Positions 37,001 to 50,845 of a DNA stretch of 64,000 nucleotides are shown one piece after another (within the stretch, counting starts at the first letter, position 1; each line of letters begins with the position of its first letter). The notes beneath the pieces are model-generated. The model saw only the letters and a list, made by a program, of their open reading frames with translations. It was not told the DNA's origin and made no database searches. The stretch lies in assembly GCF_000002075.1 (NCBI RefSeq), contig NW_004797858.1, positions 313,406-377,405 on the forward strand, given 5' to 3'. The DNA is from Aplysia californica. Its lineage: Eukaryota. Made by a program: the position numbers and the translations under genes.

Positions 37001-38271
37001 TGTTCTGTTGTTTGAGAGAAATACTGATGACCAACTGTGTTGGTACTCTGCCGTACTCTGACAAAACGCCTTGTTCTTATTCACAGCAGTTTCGAGAAAT
37101 CAACAATTTTCGGTTTTCCTGTAGCATCTGTTGAGCACAGGGAATGATATTTCTCTTCAGGGTGCGAGATCAACCGTTGATGTACGGTGCAAAATAGTTT
37201 AAATATTATATAAGAACGGGAAAAACGTTTTTCCTCAAAACTGCCGTGAATAAGAAAAAGGCGTTTTGTCAGCGTACGGCAGTACAGTCGACTTTTATTT
37301 TATTGAAAGATTTGTTGCTTATGGCACGAGCGTATGTCATGTGTATATTTTTGGTACTATTCACTCTGAGCTAGAATTTGTTATCATTGTTGGTTTTTGT
37401 ATTATTTTTAAAAACAAAAGTGAGGTTGGATTTTTGGATTTGATCTCACAAGACTAGAGAATAGACAGCGGTCCCTTTGTACAGTCCAGCACTCACTTTG
37501 CGAAATCAGCGGGGCGCAGAAATCTTTGTGTTGTGTAGGAATTTCATAATGTACGTGTTTTTAATACAAAGAATATATATATTATATATATACATTGTGT
37601 ATAAAAGTGAATTGGGGACCTGAAATTCTTTTTGTTTTGTGGGTGATGGGCTGTACGTATATATATGTGTGACACGATATGATGGAATCAGGTGTTCGTC
37701 AATTTTTGGGCATATGGAGTTAATGGTATCACTTGAAACTGAAAAATTACGTATTTTGTGCCTTTAATCGCGGTTTTTCAGTAAAATTCACATAGAAAAT
37801 GTGCTGATATATGGACATAAAAGGTGTTGAGCCAAAAAAGGAGAATTCCGTTAAAATGGCGGGGAAAATGCCAATTCAATTTCAGTTTTTTTACGAGCAC
37901 CTGATTTCACCACGCTGCCTCACACGTATGTAGGGCCTGTGTATAATTTAAAAAAGTGGGACCTGAAAATCTGTTTTCTACGTGTGTTTTTGGCTGTGTG
38001 TGTGCTAGACCATACCACGGGTCTAGAGGAAAACGATTCCGAGTGACATTTGGCACATTTTACAGAAGAAGAAAAAAAACTTTCTTATTTTGCCAGAACG
38101 CTATTCTAGGATCTGAAAATAACATGCAGTGTAGCAAAACACAAACACAGGCTCATTTTGAATTTTGTAATTCGTTTTCTAATCAATTTCCTCCACTCTT
38201 GTGAAATCAAACAAAATGTGACTTCGAAAAAATTTTCTGAGCTAAAGTGTGAGAGGAAAACTATTCTAAAG

Positions 38272-38345
38272 CGGTAATTACAATAGTTTCGGTAATTACA
38301 ATAGTTTCGGTAATTACAATAGTTTCGGTAATTACAATAGTTTCG
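38272..38345. repeat. 18-bp tandem repeat x4
   Basis: cggtaattacaatagttt. Confidence 0.9.
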
Positions 38346-40046
38346 TTTGTTTTTGGCAGGGCCATTTGAGAAGAAAAGAATTCAAACTTACGACTTACAA
38401 AAATGTTTTCTCAAGTCAGAGATAGAATCATTTTTTCTTTGAGCTGTAACTCGGTCATTTTTAAAGCGACGTTTCTGATTTTTTTTTAGCACAAGTCGCG
38501 TCCCTTGCTGGAAGTTGAGGCCATTGAAAAGTCTCCCATTTCGGCCGACATGTCACTCAGAATAGTTTCCCTCAAGAGCCGCAGTATTTCCTTTTCAATT
38601 CTTCATGCAATGTTATGGGTTGTTATTTTATCAAAGTTGCTGGTGTTTTCTTTGTTGTTGGGGAGCAATTTTCTAGAAAGATGTTGGGAGGCTTTAGCAA
38701 GTGTCCATAGGTCGTGATAACACAGGGGAAGATTGTCCACAGAGATGCCAAATGATTTTTGAAGAAAAAAACCCCTGAAAATGAGCGGAGCATCGCATCT
38801 CACCTGAAACGAACCTTGTCAAGTTTTCAAAATAAGCAAACAAAAACATCTCTCTTACCTCTTACCTCTCCTTTGCAAGTGTATGGGGCCTTTCTTGCTG
38901 CAACGGATGAAAAAAAACAACCCAGGATAAACCGGAGATTTGGCATCCGTGTGTCCACCCATTGGCTGTGGACGTACGTGGATACCCGGACGTGAATACT
39001 TCGAGGTGGATACCCAGGGCTTTCGTCTCTGGTTTGGTGGTTGACATATCTCGACCTCTGTGCTTTCTTGTCGTATCTCCATTTTTTTTTTAACCCTGAA
39101 AATGTGACTTCTTCTTAAGTTCAGTCTTTTTTATGAACTGTTTTCACTGTTATTAGAAATGGAGATAGGACAAGAAAGTAGGCCCCTACTGGGGTTGCGA
39201 TAAATCGGCTAATGGTGTTTGATAGTGGCGTGAAATTAAACTCTGACTGTTTTTTTTTTTTGGTACATGTATAAGGATGTGGCCTGGAGCGTTGATGTGG
39301 CCTGGAGCGTTGATTTGGCCACAGATCGTGCAATACTCCCCTCGTCTACTCAGCCGCAAAATTCTGTGATTTCTTTACGCCGTGTGCTACTCCCACTTGT
39401 TCTACGTAACATACTAAAGACACGTCGTCGATGAATTGTTCACTTGTACTAAGTCCAAAAGGAAAGTTTGTGGGTGGTTGGTGGGTGCTCTAGTGTGGTT
39501 TGCTTCTTCTCTTCTATCAAAAATCTATCGTCCTTATCCCTCCTTCTTTTTTGTGTTTGTTACTCTCTTGTAACATCTTTAATTTTAATTTTCGGCACTT
39601 ATGTGACCTATTGTGTTGCAAATGCAGTAAACACTAACTAAAAATAAAAAATAAAAAATAAGCTTGTAGGACTGGAATTTTACCAAAATATTTATTGTGC
39701 ACATGCAACATACTGCAAATGAAGAGACTGCAATTTAATTTTTTTAAATTCTAAAATTTTGGGTTTAAAACCTCTGAACAGCTGACCGGCGAAATACTTT
39801 TCATTCCAGTTTGTGAAGGAGTCTGCGAGACATTCTTGCCTCTGTGGGTGATTGGCGGGTGCTCTGGTGTGGTTTGCTCCTTCTTTCTTATGAAACATCT
39901 GTTGTCCTTATCTCCCCTCCTTCTTTTTTGTGTATGTTACTCTCTTGTAAGACGTAATCTATATATTCTTCGGCACTTAAGTTATATGACCTTATTGTGT
40001 TGCAAGTGCCGTAAAACTCTAACTAAAACTAAAACATTCTTCTCAC

Positions 40047-40229
40047 GTGGGTGGTTGGCGGGAGCTCTGGTGTGGTTTGCTTCTTCTTTTCTATCAAACA
40101 TCTATCGTCCTGATCTCCCCTTCATCTTTTTTATGTTTGTTACTCTCTTGTAACACCTCTAATCTTCTGGCGCTCATATGACCTTACGCAGTTAAGAGCG
40201 CCGTAAAACCTCTACTAAAGCTTAAGCTT
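40047..40229 (+). mobile_element. Family A body with type-B hairpin tail, 11-bp TSD
   Basis: TSD attcttctcac at 40036-40046 and 40230-40240. Confidence 0.85.
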
Positions 40230-41029
40230 ATTCTTCTCACCTGCGTGTCTGTGAGACGGTCAACTTTGAATCTACCTATTGTTGTATTGTTTTCTATTTC
40301 TCAGCGGTCAGTGGTTGTTGTTTTTTTCTCATTCTAATTATATTTGTCTGATGAAATGATTCACTGTTGTGTTCATGTGTGTTTTGTCACGTTTTTCAAG
40401 AACTTATCATTTCCTCATCATCATAGAAAGAGCTGAATATTCTCTCCTCATGGATGTTGGTGGTATTTTCATATCTTAAATTTCATGAGAATTTGAAAGT
40501 ATTATTAAAGTGGAAATTTAGAGCCTTTTGCGTGTTCCTTTCTTTCATATTCATTACTTCATTTTTGCTTCCGGTTTATTACTAGTTAGTTGTGTCATTT
40601 CATTAACACCTTGTCTCCACGGGACGCCGATCGGCGATGGTGCGATATAGCAACAAAAACATGGCAGAAATGATCTTGCGGATTTATTAAAGTTAAATTT
40701 CTTTTCTGAATGGTTTGTGTGGCTTTTGAGGTTGATAATCAGTTGGTATACAACAATTGGTGTAAATTCTTTTGAAAAATGTCGAGTAGACTTAGCATGA
40801 GTGCTGCTTTCTCTTACGCCATGGTGAGAATTTGGGTGATGAATCAGCTAGATCTAATGTTTTCAGTTCCAATTCTAATTTCTTTTTAGGTGAGTATGCG
40901 ATAATCATTTAATTTTTAATTTTCTCAGTATACTGAAATTTTAACAGTGGTTGGGGTACTTTTGCCGAGATACAGGTGTAGTACTGATGTACAGTATCTC
41001 TGTATCCTGGTCCGTGGGGACAAAGGTTG

Positions 41030-41245
41030 TGTGCCCTGTGCGCTGCGTGCTCTGTGCGCTGCGTGCTCTGTGCGCTGTGCGCGTTGTGTCCTCTGTGCTC
41101 TGCGTGCTCTGTGCTCTGCGTGCTCTGCGTGCTCTGTGCACTGTGTGCTCTGTGCGCTGTGTGCTCTGCGTGCTCTGTGCGCTGTGTGCTGTGTGCGTTG
41201 CGTGCTCTGTGTGATCTGTGCGCTGTGTGCTCTGTGCACTGCGTG
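41030..41245. repeat. 7-bp degenerate repeat (gtgctct/gtgcgct)
   Basis: Read directly from the sequence. Confidence 0.9.
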
Positions 41246-41929
41246 GGTGGAAAGTGGTCAAGCAAAAGAGAAAACCGTATTGAATGTGGTCCAAGAAGCG
41301 ACATTTGAATGGGTTAGTTGTAAAGAGGGTAGGAAGTGGATTTTGGAAGGAAAAAACCCCATAGAGTGTTGTCAGAATCCCTAGCCTGTATTAATATTAT
41401 TTCAAATGAAATAGATCTGGGTCTACGGGCAATATAGGGTAATCCTGACTCACAAAATAAAATAGACAAATTTTTCTCTCCCAAAAACATGGAGCTTGGA
41501 CTTGTATGTTGTTTCCCTCTCAGCTTTTGGTTGTATAGCTCCTAATCCCACTTAACAGTGCTTAACAATCTACATTATTTACCCCAGTAGTAGTAGTAGT
41601 CAGTACACTCAGAAACATTTTCAGCTTCCTGGAAATCGTACTCGGGATGAAGTCAGTCCTCATGATATGATTCAATATGCCACCCAATGTCTTTGTGAGT
41701 ATATATAATGTATATATGTGAGGCATTGTGGTGAAATCAGGCGCTCGTCAAAATAATGAAATCAAAGAAATCTGCATTTTTTGGGGCAATAGCCAATTTT
41801 TTTCTAATTTTCTATTTTTGGCTCAATACCTTTTATGTCCATGTAAAAACACAATTTTGTGTGGATTTGACTGAAAACGTTGATTAATTTAAAGGCACAA
41901 AAATGTAAATTTTCAGTTTCCAAGGATTT

Positions 41930-44900
41930 TTTCTAGCTCATCCCCAGTATTTTTTTTTTACTTCCTATTTTTTTCTAGTTCATCCCTAATATTTTGTAAG
42001 TCATCCCCAGTACTTTATAGCTAATCCCTAATATTTTCTAGCCCATCCCCAGTATTTTCTAGATTATTCCTATTATTTTCTAGCTCATCCCTAATATTTC
42101 CTAAGTCATCTCCAGTATTTTCTCGCTCATCTCCAGTTCCAGCTCATCCCTAATATATTCTAGCTCATATCCAGTATTTTCTAGCTCACCCATTTTTTTT
42201 CCTTCCTCATCCTCAGTAGTATTATCTAGCTCATCCCTAATATTTTCTAGCTCGTCCCTAATATTTTCTAGCTCATCCCAAGAATTTTCTAGATTAATCC
42301 TATTATTTTCTAGCTCATCCCCAGTATTTTCAAGCTGATCCCTAATATTTTTTAGCCTATCCCCTTTTTTCTAGATTATTCCTATTATTTTTTTTAGCTC
42401 ATCCTTACTATTTTCTACGTAATCCCCAGTATTTTCTAGATTATTGCTCTTATTTTCTAGATCATCCCTAATATTTTCTAGTTCATCCCTCATATTTTCT
42501 AGCTCATCTCGAGTATTTTATAGATTATTCCTATTATTTTCCAGCTCTTACCTAATATTATCAAGCTCATCCTCACCAAGCAAATCCCTAGAAATTTCTA
42601 GATTATTCCAATTATTTTCTAGCTCATCCCCAGTATGGTTTAGTTCATACCCAGTATTTTCTAGCTCATCCCCAGTATTTTTTTTGATGACCCTATTATA
42701 TTGTAGCTCATCCCTAATATATTCTAGCTCATCCCCAGTATTTTCTATCTCACCCTTTATTTTTTCTTCCTCATCCCCAGTAGTTTCTATGTTATCTGTA
42801 ATATTTTCTAGCTCATCCCCAGTAGTTTCTACGACATCCCTGATATATTTTAGCTCAACCCTAGTATTTTCTTCCTCGGTACCAGTATTTTATAATTTTC
42901 TAGCTCTCTTCCAATATTTTCTTTAGCTCATCCTTAGTATTTTCTAGCTCCCTCCCCAGTATTTTCTAGCTCACCTCCAGTATTCATCAGTATTTTCTAG
43001 ATCATTCATAGTATTTTCTAGCTTGAACCCTAATATTATCTAGCTTATCCCGAATATTCCCAGCTATTTTCTAGCTCATCCCCAGTATTTTCTACTTCAT
43101 TCCTAGTATTTTTTTGCTCATCCCTAATATTTTCTAGGTCATTCCCAGTATTTTCTAGCTCATTCGTAATATTTTCTAGCTCATCCTCAGTATTTTCTAG
43201 CTCATTCCCAGTATTTTTTAGCTCATTCGTAATATTTTCTAGCTCATCCTCAGTATTTTCTAGCTCATTCCCAGTATTTTAGATTATTCCTATTATTTTC
43301 TAGCTCATCCTCAGTATTTTCTAGCTCATTTACAGTATTTTAGATTATTTCTATTATTTTTAAACTTATCATTAGTGTATTTTAGCTAATCCCTAATATA
43401 TTGTAGCTCATCCTCAGTATTTTCTAGCTCACCCCTTATTTATTTTTTTTAGTGATGAGCTATAAAATATTAAGAATAGTCCCAAAAAAAGATACTGGGG
43501 ATGAGCTAGAAAAAATTAGGGATCAGCTAGAAAATATTAGGGATGAGCTAGAATATAATAGTAATAATCTAGAAAATACTGGGGATAAGCTAAAAAATAT
43601 TAGGGAAGAGTTTGAAAAAAATAGGAATAATCTAGATAATACTGGAGATGAGCCAGACAATATAAGGGATGAGCTGGAAAATAATAAGAATAATCTAGAA
43701 CATATTGGGGGTGAGTTAAAAAATATTAGGGATGAACTAGGAAATAATATGAATGATGTAGAAAATACTGGAGATGAGCTAAAAAATATTAGGAATAATC
43801 TAGAAAATACTGGGGATGAGTTAGAAAATATTAGGGATGAGCTAGAAAATAATAGGAACAATCTAGATAATACTGGGGATCCGATAAGCTAGAAAATATA
43901 AGGCATGAGTTACAAAATACTGAGGATGAGGTAAAACATATTAGGGCTGACCTAGAAATTATTTAGGATGAACTAAAAAAATATTAAGGATGAGCGAGAA
44001 AATATGAGGGATGAACTAGAAAATATTAGAGTTGATCTAGAAAATAAGAGAAATAATCTAGAAAATACTGGAGATGACCTAGAAAATATTAAGGATGAGC
44101 TAAAAAAAATAATAGGAATTATCTAGGAAAAAAAAGGATAAGCTGAAAAATACTAGGGATCAGCTTGAAAATACTGGGGATGAGCTAGAAATAAGAGGAT
44201 TAATCTAGAAAATTCCTGGGATGAGCTAGAAAGTATTAGGAATGAGCTAGATAATACTACTGAGGATGAGGAAGAAAAAATAATGGGTGAGCTAGAAAAT
44301 ACTGGATATGAGCTAGAATATATTAGGGGTGAGCTAGAAAATATTAGGGATAAGCCCCAAAAAGTAATAGTAAAACATTTAGAATATACTGGGGATGAGC
44401 TAGGAAATATTAGGGATGAGCTAGAAAATAATAGAGATGAGATAGAATTTAAAAGAAATAATCTTGAAAATATTGGGGATGAACTAAAAAAAATACTCGG
44501 GATGAGCTAGAAAATACTGGAGATGACTTACAAAATATTAGGGATGAGCTAGAAAATAATAGAAATAATCTAGAAAATACTGGGGATGAGCTAGAACATA
44601 TTAGGGATGAGCTAGAAAATAATAGGAATAATCTAGAAAATACTGAGGATGAGCTAGAAAAATAATATTAGGGATGAGCTAGAAAATAATAGAGATGAGA
44701 AAGAATTTAATAGAAATAATCTTGAAAATACTGGGGATGAGCTTGAAAATACTGGAGATGACTTACAAAATATTAGGGATGAGCTAGAAAATAATAGGAA
44801 TAGTAAAATTAAAACACTGGAGATGAGCTAGAAAAAATTAGGGATCAGATAGAAAATAATAGGGATGAGCTAGAATATAATAGTAATAATCTAGAAAATA

Positions 44901-45828
44901 CTGGGGATAAGCTGAAAAATATTAGGGAAGAGCTTGGAAAAAAAGGAATAATCTAGATAATACTGGAGAAGAGCCAGACAATATTAGGGATGAGCTGAAT
45001 AATAATAAGAATAATCTAGAACATATTGGGGGTGAGTTAAAGAATATAAGGGATGAACTAGAAAATAATATGAATGATGTAGAAAATACTCGGGATGAGC
45101 TAGAAAATATTAGGGATGAGCTAGAAAATAATAGGAATAATCTAGATAATACTGGGGATAAGCTAGAAAATAAAAGGCATGAGTTACAAAATACTGAGGA
45201 TGAGGTAAAAAATATTAGGGCTGACCTAGAAATTATTTAGGATGAACTAAAAAATATTAGGGATGAGCTAGAAAATATTAAGGATGAGCTAGATAATAAT
45301 AGTAATAATCTAGAAAATACTGGGGATAACTTTAAAAATAATTATGGAAGAGCTGGAAAAAAATGAGGAATAATCTAGAAAATACTGAAGATGAGCTAAA
45401 AAATATTAGGGCTGAGCTGGAAAATAATTATAATAATCTAGAAAATAGTGGGGATGAGCTAGAAAATATCAGGACTGAACTAGAAAATACTAGGAATAAC
45501 GTAGACAATATTAGGGATGAGGTACATAATAATTTGAATATCATAGAAAATACTGGGGATGAATTAAAAAATATTAGGGATGAGCTAGAAATTAATAGGA
45601 ATAATTGAGAAAATACAAGGGATTATCCTAAAAATAGTGAGGGAGAGCTAAAAAATATTAGGGAACAGCTGGAAAATAATAGGAATAATCTATAAAATAC
45701 TGGAGATGAGCTAGAAAATATTAGGGATGAGCTAGAAAATATTCAGGATATGCCCCAAAAAGTAATGGAAATAATTTAGAAAATACTGAGGATGAGCTGG
45801 AAAATATAAGGGATGAGTTAGAAAATAA
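41930..45828. repeat. 21-bp satellite array in two inverted arms (junction ~43450)
   Basis: Left arm ctagctcatccccagtatttt, right arm aaaatactggggatgagctag; three alternating monomer variants. Confidence 0.95.
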
Positions 45829-47201
45829 TGATAGGCAATACATAAATATATATATATATATATATAACATAACAACGATCTGCAAATACACAGCAGTTGG
45901 AACACAATAAATATGAGATTTGACCTCGTAGACTTTATCATGATACTTTATTGACACCTTGAAGGTCGAGGGAAGGAAACAATGATGCTAGACAACAACA
46001 AAAGAATGCTTCATTGTAATAGAGGGGGAAGAAATCATAGCAAAAGTTGCTGGAGTCAATAAAAAGTAAAAAAAGAAAGTGTGTAAAGTGCACATTGGAT
46101 CATCATGATTACAAACAGAAAGAGGAGCAAGAAGCACAAAAGATAACATTCTTGTCATTGGCTAAAAAACTTAGATTAAGGACCTTTTCAGACACATTTG
46201 TGAGTTTTTTAATATTTCACCTCAAGGCGCAGGGTTCCCTCTCCCTCTGGCTTGAATAGGTCACTCACAACACCGGAACTATGACATTGAGAAACATCAG
46301 CCTCAGCTCTTGAGACTTGAGTGATTTATTTATTTTTAGCTCGCATTTGTTATATACTTTTTAAAATTAAAAATATGGCATCGGAAGTAGGGAATGGGAC
46401 AAAACGAGTTTGAAAAAAAGACACCGCTACCGTCACAGCTTGTTTGCAATGCCATCACAGCCTGTGTGTTGTGTATTATATAATATTCTTTTTGGTCAGG
46501 AGCAGTGGCCACGCATATGGTTTAACAAATAATATTTCACCAGTATTAACTTCACCTTCCAATACTTCACTTTCCAATTTTTTACCCCCGCGATCCTACG
46601 GCAGGAAGAGAAAAAAACATGTAGTCTTCTTGGACAAGGACGAAAAAAGTTGGGAAGGTGCAGCGTGTATGATGAGCATATTGTGAGAACAGCTTGGTCG
46701 TACATGTTACGTGTCTGTGGAGGGTCGAAGGAGAGGAGGTCAGTTCCACCCAACAGTGTCCATAGATGTCACGACGTGGTGGAATCAGGCCGGGGCGGAA
46801 CCACCGCCAGCGCAGATTTTGGGAAGTTCTTGCAACCGCGGAAAATCGCGGATCCGCGGAAAGCTGTGATCCCTGAACGTTACAACAAACTTGCAAAAAT
46901 ACACTTTATCTTAGCAGGGGACAAGAATCTGTGCCCCATCCTCTGATGTCATATTTTCATATGGTTATTTATAGGGAGAAAACTAATACTGCAGAGTAGA
47001 TCTAAACATTACAGCAGTAAAAAAAAAAAAAGGTGCTTATTTTTAGATCCTGGTTTAAAATTATTTTTTTTAAAATATGGACAATGATTTCAAATAAATT
47101 ACAAAACAAACAAATAAATAAAATCACTGTTGATTTGAAAGAAGACATTTCAAGTCTCAATAGCTTTAATGCATTATATATAAAAATAATTATATCATAT
47201 A

Positions 47202-47449
47202 TGGTCCCTTTTAAGCGCAAGGGGGCTAAGCTGAAAACTGCTGTTTTGAGAAAATCGAAGGTAAAGCTTTTGCCCCTTGTTTCAGTTTCTTTAAAAGACA
47301 AGGAGAGTTTTCTCTATAACCAAACAAATACTACTCACCATTGAAGCCAAACTTCTCCTATAGGTAGGGCAATGCCCACTTTTGGTGTAGGTCAAGATTT
47401 GTGGAAACCCCCGAAATCTGGGTTAGCCCGCATGTCCTTAAAAGAGACC
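47202..47449. mobile_element. ~250-bp TGGTC-terminated MITE
   Basis: Imperfect TIR tggtcccttttaag / cttaaaagagacca; near-identical copy at 55115-55364. Confidence 0.75.
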
Positions 47450-47520
47450 AACTACAGTGCATCAACAAAGCTGAAAGTAACCGAAAGTAAACATACATAG
47501 TGAGAAAACAAGCACAATCA

Positions 47521-47807
47521 TCATTGAAGTCTCGCTTGCAACCCGTCGTAGCGAATCGGGGGGAAGTGGTTGTGCCGAGTGGGCTCCTGGTAATCCGGTG
47601 GGTTGTACAGACCCCACTTCGGGGTGGGCACTTCCTGCGGGAATGGCACGGGGTAGCTCCAGTTGCCGCGGTAACCTTTGTTGTGGGGCATGGAGCGCTG
47701 CACGTCCTTCATCATGACCTCGTTGTTGTACGGCACAAAGTCGTCGTGGACGCGGCTGGTGGGCTTGGACGGTCGCTCCCAGTGCCAGTTCACGTTCTTG
47801 TAGTCGG
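47521..47807 (-). CDS. Uncharacterised W/P/Y-rich protein A, last exon
   Basis: GC-rich open frame after acceptor gtttcAG: (A)DYKNVNWHWERP...DDFVPY...YDGLQARLQ*. Phase matches the upstream exon. Confidence 0.85.
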
Positions 47808-47811
47808 CTGA

Positions 47812-47985
47812 AACAACAATAACAATAGTAATAATACTACTAATAATAATGATATAAAATAATAATAATAATAATAATGATAGTGATTCTAATGATAATA
47901 ATAGTAATATGATAATAACCATAAGAATAATAATAATAATGATGATCATAATAATAATAATAATAATGTAATGATAATAATAATT
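47812..47985. repeat. (AAT)n microsatellite
   Basis: Read directly from the sequence. Confidence 0.9.
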
Positions 47986-48522
47986 GCATTTATAGTGTAT
48001 ATCCATGTTCCACAGCTGAAACAATAATAATTTATTTATTTATTATCTAATTGAGGTATTTGCTTTATTTTTATATTTTTATATTTATTAATTATAATTA
48101 ATACTGCCCTTAATCGCGTTATCAATAAAAATGGACGGTAATCTAAATGGTGACACTACGGGGGGTGGGGGGTGGTGGTGGTGGGGGGGGGCAATTACAG
48201 CGAATTATTATTGGTGATTTCCAGGTTGAGAACCATAGATACGGGGTGCATGGAAGCGGGACCAATAAATTGGAAAAAAGAATATTAATCCGCAGACAGG
48301 AAAAAGAGGCTAAAACAGCACCTGGACATGGATGGCTGGTGCCTCTATAAATAAATCATTGATGGTCAGGTCAGGTGTAATACTGATAATTTCATATTTC
48401 ACAGAATCCTAAGCACTGAGACCTCAAACTGAAGACTGCAAACTGTAAACGAAAGAGCATTGCTATAGCAAAATAAAAAAAGGATCAAATAAAAATATTA
48501 TTTTAAAAAGTAGAGAACACAC

Positions 48523-48628
48523 CTCTCCTTATTTGGTTCGTCTCTCGGTTGAACCAGTCAGGGTGTCTGGATGTTGATCTCCACGCATACCAGTCAGGAT
48601 GTTCACGGCTCCACTTTCTCCATCCAGC
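48523..48628 (-). CDS. Uncharacterised protein A, internal exon (AGWRKWSREHPDWYAWRSTSRHPDWFNRETNQIRR)
   Basis: Poly-T tract plus AAG acceptor, donor G|GTGTGT, 106 nt, phase 0-1, open frame. Confidence 0.8.
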
Positions 48629-49270
48629 CTTCAAAGCAAAAAAAAAAAGTAAATTTACATCCGATTTACAACTGAACGCCCCCCCCCCCCCTATTTCATA
48701 CCGTTGTTTGTTGGTTCAATTCTACTTTAACATCAACTAATCAAATTTCCTGAGACCAACAAAAGGATCCCGGGCAGTATTGCATCAGACGTAAGTCATT
48801 TTTTGGCGGCCTTTGAGATACGTCTGTATGCAATACTGCCCCCGGAATGCTCAAATATGTTGGTCAAGCAAAAAGAAACATAAAAAAGACCTGATGGCAA
48901 CTGTACTACAGGGCGAAGCAGAGGCAGAGAGAAATAAGGGAGGACCTCCTACAGCATACGTTGAAAACGTAAATTCTGACAGTGGAGTACAACTTCATGA
49001 AATAAACCATTCAAAGCAGAGATCGGAGGGAAGATGGAGGCCTGTTGGGGCAAGGAGTGGGGCACTAACAGACGAATGGACCAACACGGCAATGGTGACA
49101 GGGGAATCAGACAGAGATCAGCCGATATCTTTTTTACACAACATAATCACAGTCAATCTTCTGTCTTAACAATGCTTAACTTTTCCTCACACTGTACTGA
49201 CCTGCTTGAGTTCACACTCTTCAGATTTTTAAACTATAAATAAGGCTTTGAAGTTCCATACATATATATA

Positions 49271-49515
49271 TGTGAAGCGGGCTGACAAAATGAGTTACTT
49301 CTCGGAATCAAGCCTTTAAAGAATAGATATATCACGCTTACAGGTGAAGATTTTACAGTTTATGGGTATGACATAATAAAAGACAGGTTATAGTGAAAGA
49401 ATATGGAATCAATAATAAAAAATCTACAAATTTGACCCTATAATGTCGATTTTTGGCCTATATATCTCCATTTGTGGATTGCAAGAAGTAACTCATTTTG
49501 TCAGCACGTCTCACA
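49271..49515. mobile_element. TA-flanked TGTGAAGCG MITE (~245 bp)
   Basis: TIR tgtgaagcgggctgacaaaatgagttactt / aagtaactcattttgtcagcacgtctcaca. Confidence 0.85.
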
Positions 49516-49606
49516 TATAAAAATTCATATGAATCTTATAAATACTGAAGAGAGAGGAAAATAAGGTCTCTTTCTATGAAAATACTCAACAAAACAATTT
49601 ATTTAC

Positions 49607-49664
49607 CCTAGCAACATCAGGGTGACTGCAGTGATACGTTTTCCATTCATGAAGCTGAGGTTGC
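49607..49664 (-). CDS. Uncharacterised protein A, 58-nt exon (QPQLHEWKTYHCSHPDVAR)
   Basis: ttttttttcAG acceptor, AGG|GTAAAT donor, phase 2-0; repeats the HPD motif of the next exon. Confidence 0.75.
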
Positions 49665-49914
49665 CTGAAAAAAATGCAAAAATTTAGTTTTACTAATTAA
49701 AAGCAAATTATTAATTATGTGATGAGTAATATCATGTAATGGAAAATATATTATGTGCTTCAAAACGGCATATGTGCATATTTAAAACCAGTCTTTGAAA
49801 GTTTCAGTTTCCTTATCGGACTAAATCATCTTGTTCTATCTGTTCTCAAAGTGTGTATGTGTGCCTATGTTTAGGCTGAGTGAACAATCTTGTTACGTGC
49901 GATCTTTGCCGTAC

Positions 49915-49958
49915 CCTATCTGCCACAGTGGACCTGCCAGGTTGGATGAGATGGCTGC
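49915..49958 (-). CDS. Uncharacterised protein A, partial exon running out of the assembly gap (AAISSNLAGPLWQIG)
   Basis: Open frame with a phase-2 donor GG|GTACGG (alternative in-phase donor at 49897). The 5' part lies in the Ns. A possible start exon ATG|GTGAGA is at 50423-50425. Confidence 0.55.
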
Positions 49959-50789
49959 NNNNNNNNNNNNNNNNNNNNNNNNNNNNNNNNNNNNNNNNNN
50001 NNNNNNNNNNNNNNNNNNNNNNNNNNNNNNNNNNNNNNNNNNNNNNNNNNNNNNNNNNNNNNNNNNNNNNNNNNNNNNNNNNNNNNNNNNNNNNNNNNNN
50101 NNNNNNNNNNNNNNNNNNNNNNNNNNTTTAAAGTTAATACAAGCAAATGGACATCCATCTGATTGGGGGGGGGGGGGGGGGGATATAGGCTACTAATAAT
50201 ATTTAGCAGAAGCAATATCTAAATTTCAATCAAATTGACTTTCAGCAAGGAACAGAGGAAAATCAGCAATGCTCTTTTCTGGATACTCAGCATGAACCTT
50301 CACGACAATCTGCTAAACTTAGGTTCGCTTCCACTCTCACAGTTAAACGTTAAATGCTTGTTTTGTAAGTAATGCAACAACGAAATAACAATTATAATAT
50401 CGTAATAATAATGTCTTCTCACCATTGTTTGGGCAATTTGGCTGGTGTGGATAAAAATCCGATAGCTGCTGCGTTCGTTGAGCTCATGACAAGCCGTGGT
50501 GGAAATCAGTGCCGCAAATTTCACCAGATGAGATTTGGGCCAAGTTGAGAACCCTTCCCCTTCAAACAAAACGATGCACTTTTCGTTCAATGGCGTAGCG
50601 ATGTTAGTCCAGTACAAAAATAAAAGACTGAGAGACTATAAATTGCTCAGTGTGAGAATAATATTTAGGAAATTACAGCCTCTAATTTTTGTTTGTAAAA
50701 GAAAAATAATAAGTCTGTGTTTTGGGGATGATGTGTCTCAATTTTCCACTTGATTCCTCAATGCGTATTCATTTTTTCTTTAGGCTGTA

Positions 50790-50845
50790 AGCGATTGTAA
50801 ACATCACTATAGTAGCAACATGGCGAAGCGTTGCTAGTTACGCTT
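50790..50845. promoter_or_regulatory. Candidate bidirectional promoter motifs: forkhead, X-box-like, YY1-like
   Basis: GTAAACA 50797-50803, GTAGCAAC 50812-50819 overlapping AACATGGCG 50817-50825, and GTTGCTAGTTAC 50830-50841, all between two divergent genes. Confidence 0.4.

Noticed and set aside
43452-43892. 146-aa coiled-coil-like ORF as a real gene
   Set aside because: It is part of a satellite with frequent frameshifts and stops in neighbouring copies; kept only as a curiosity.
50237-50309. Possible additional exon of gene A (IVVKVHAEYPEKSIADFPLFLAE)
   Set aside because: The donor is weak and the adjacent gap prevents a phase check, so it was not called.
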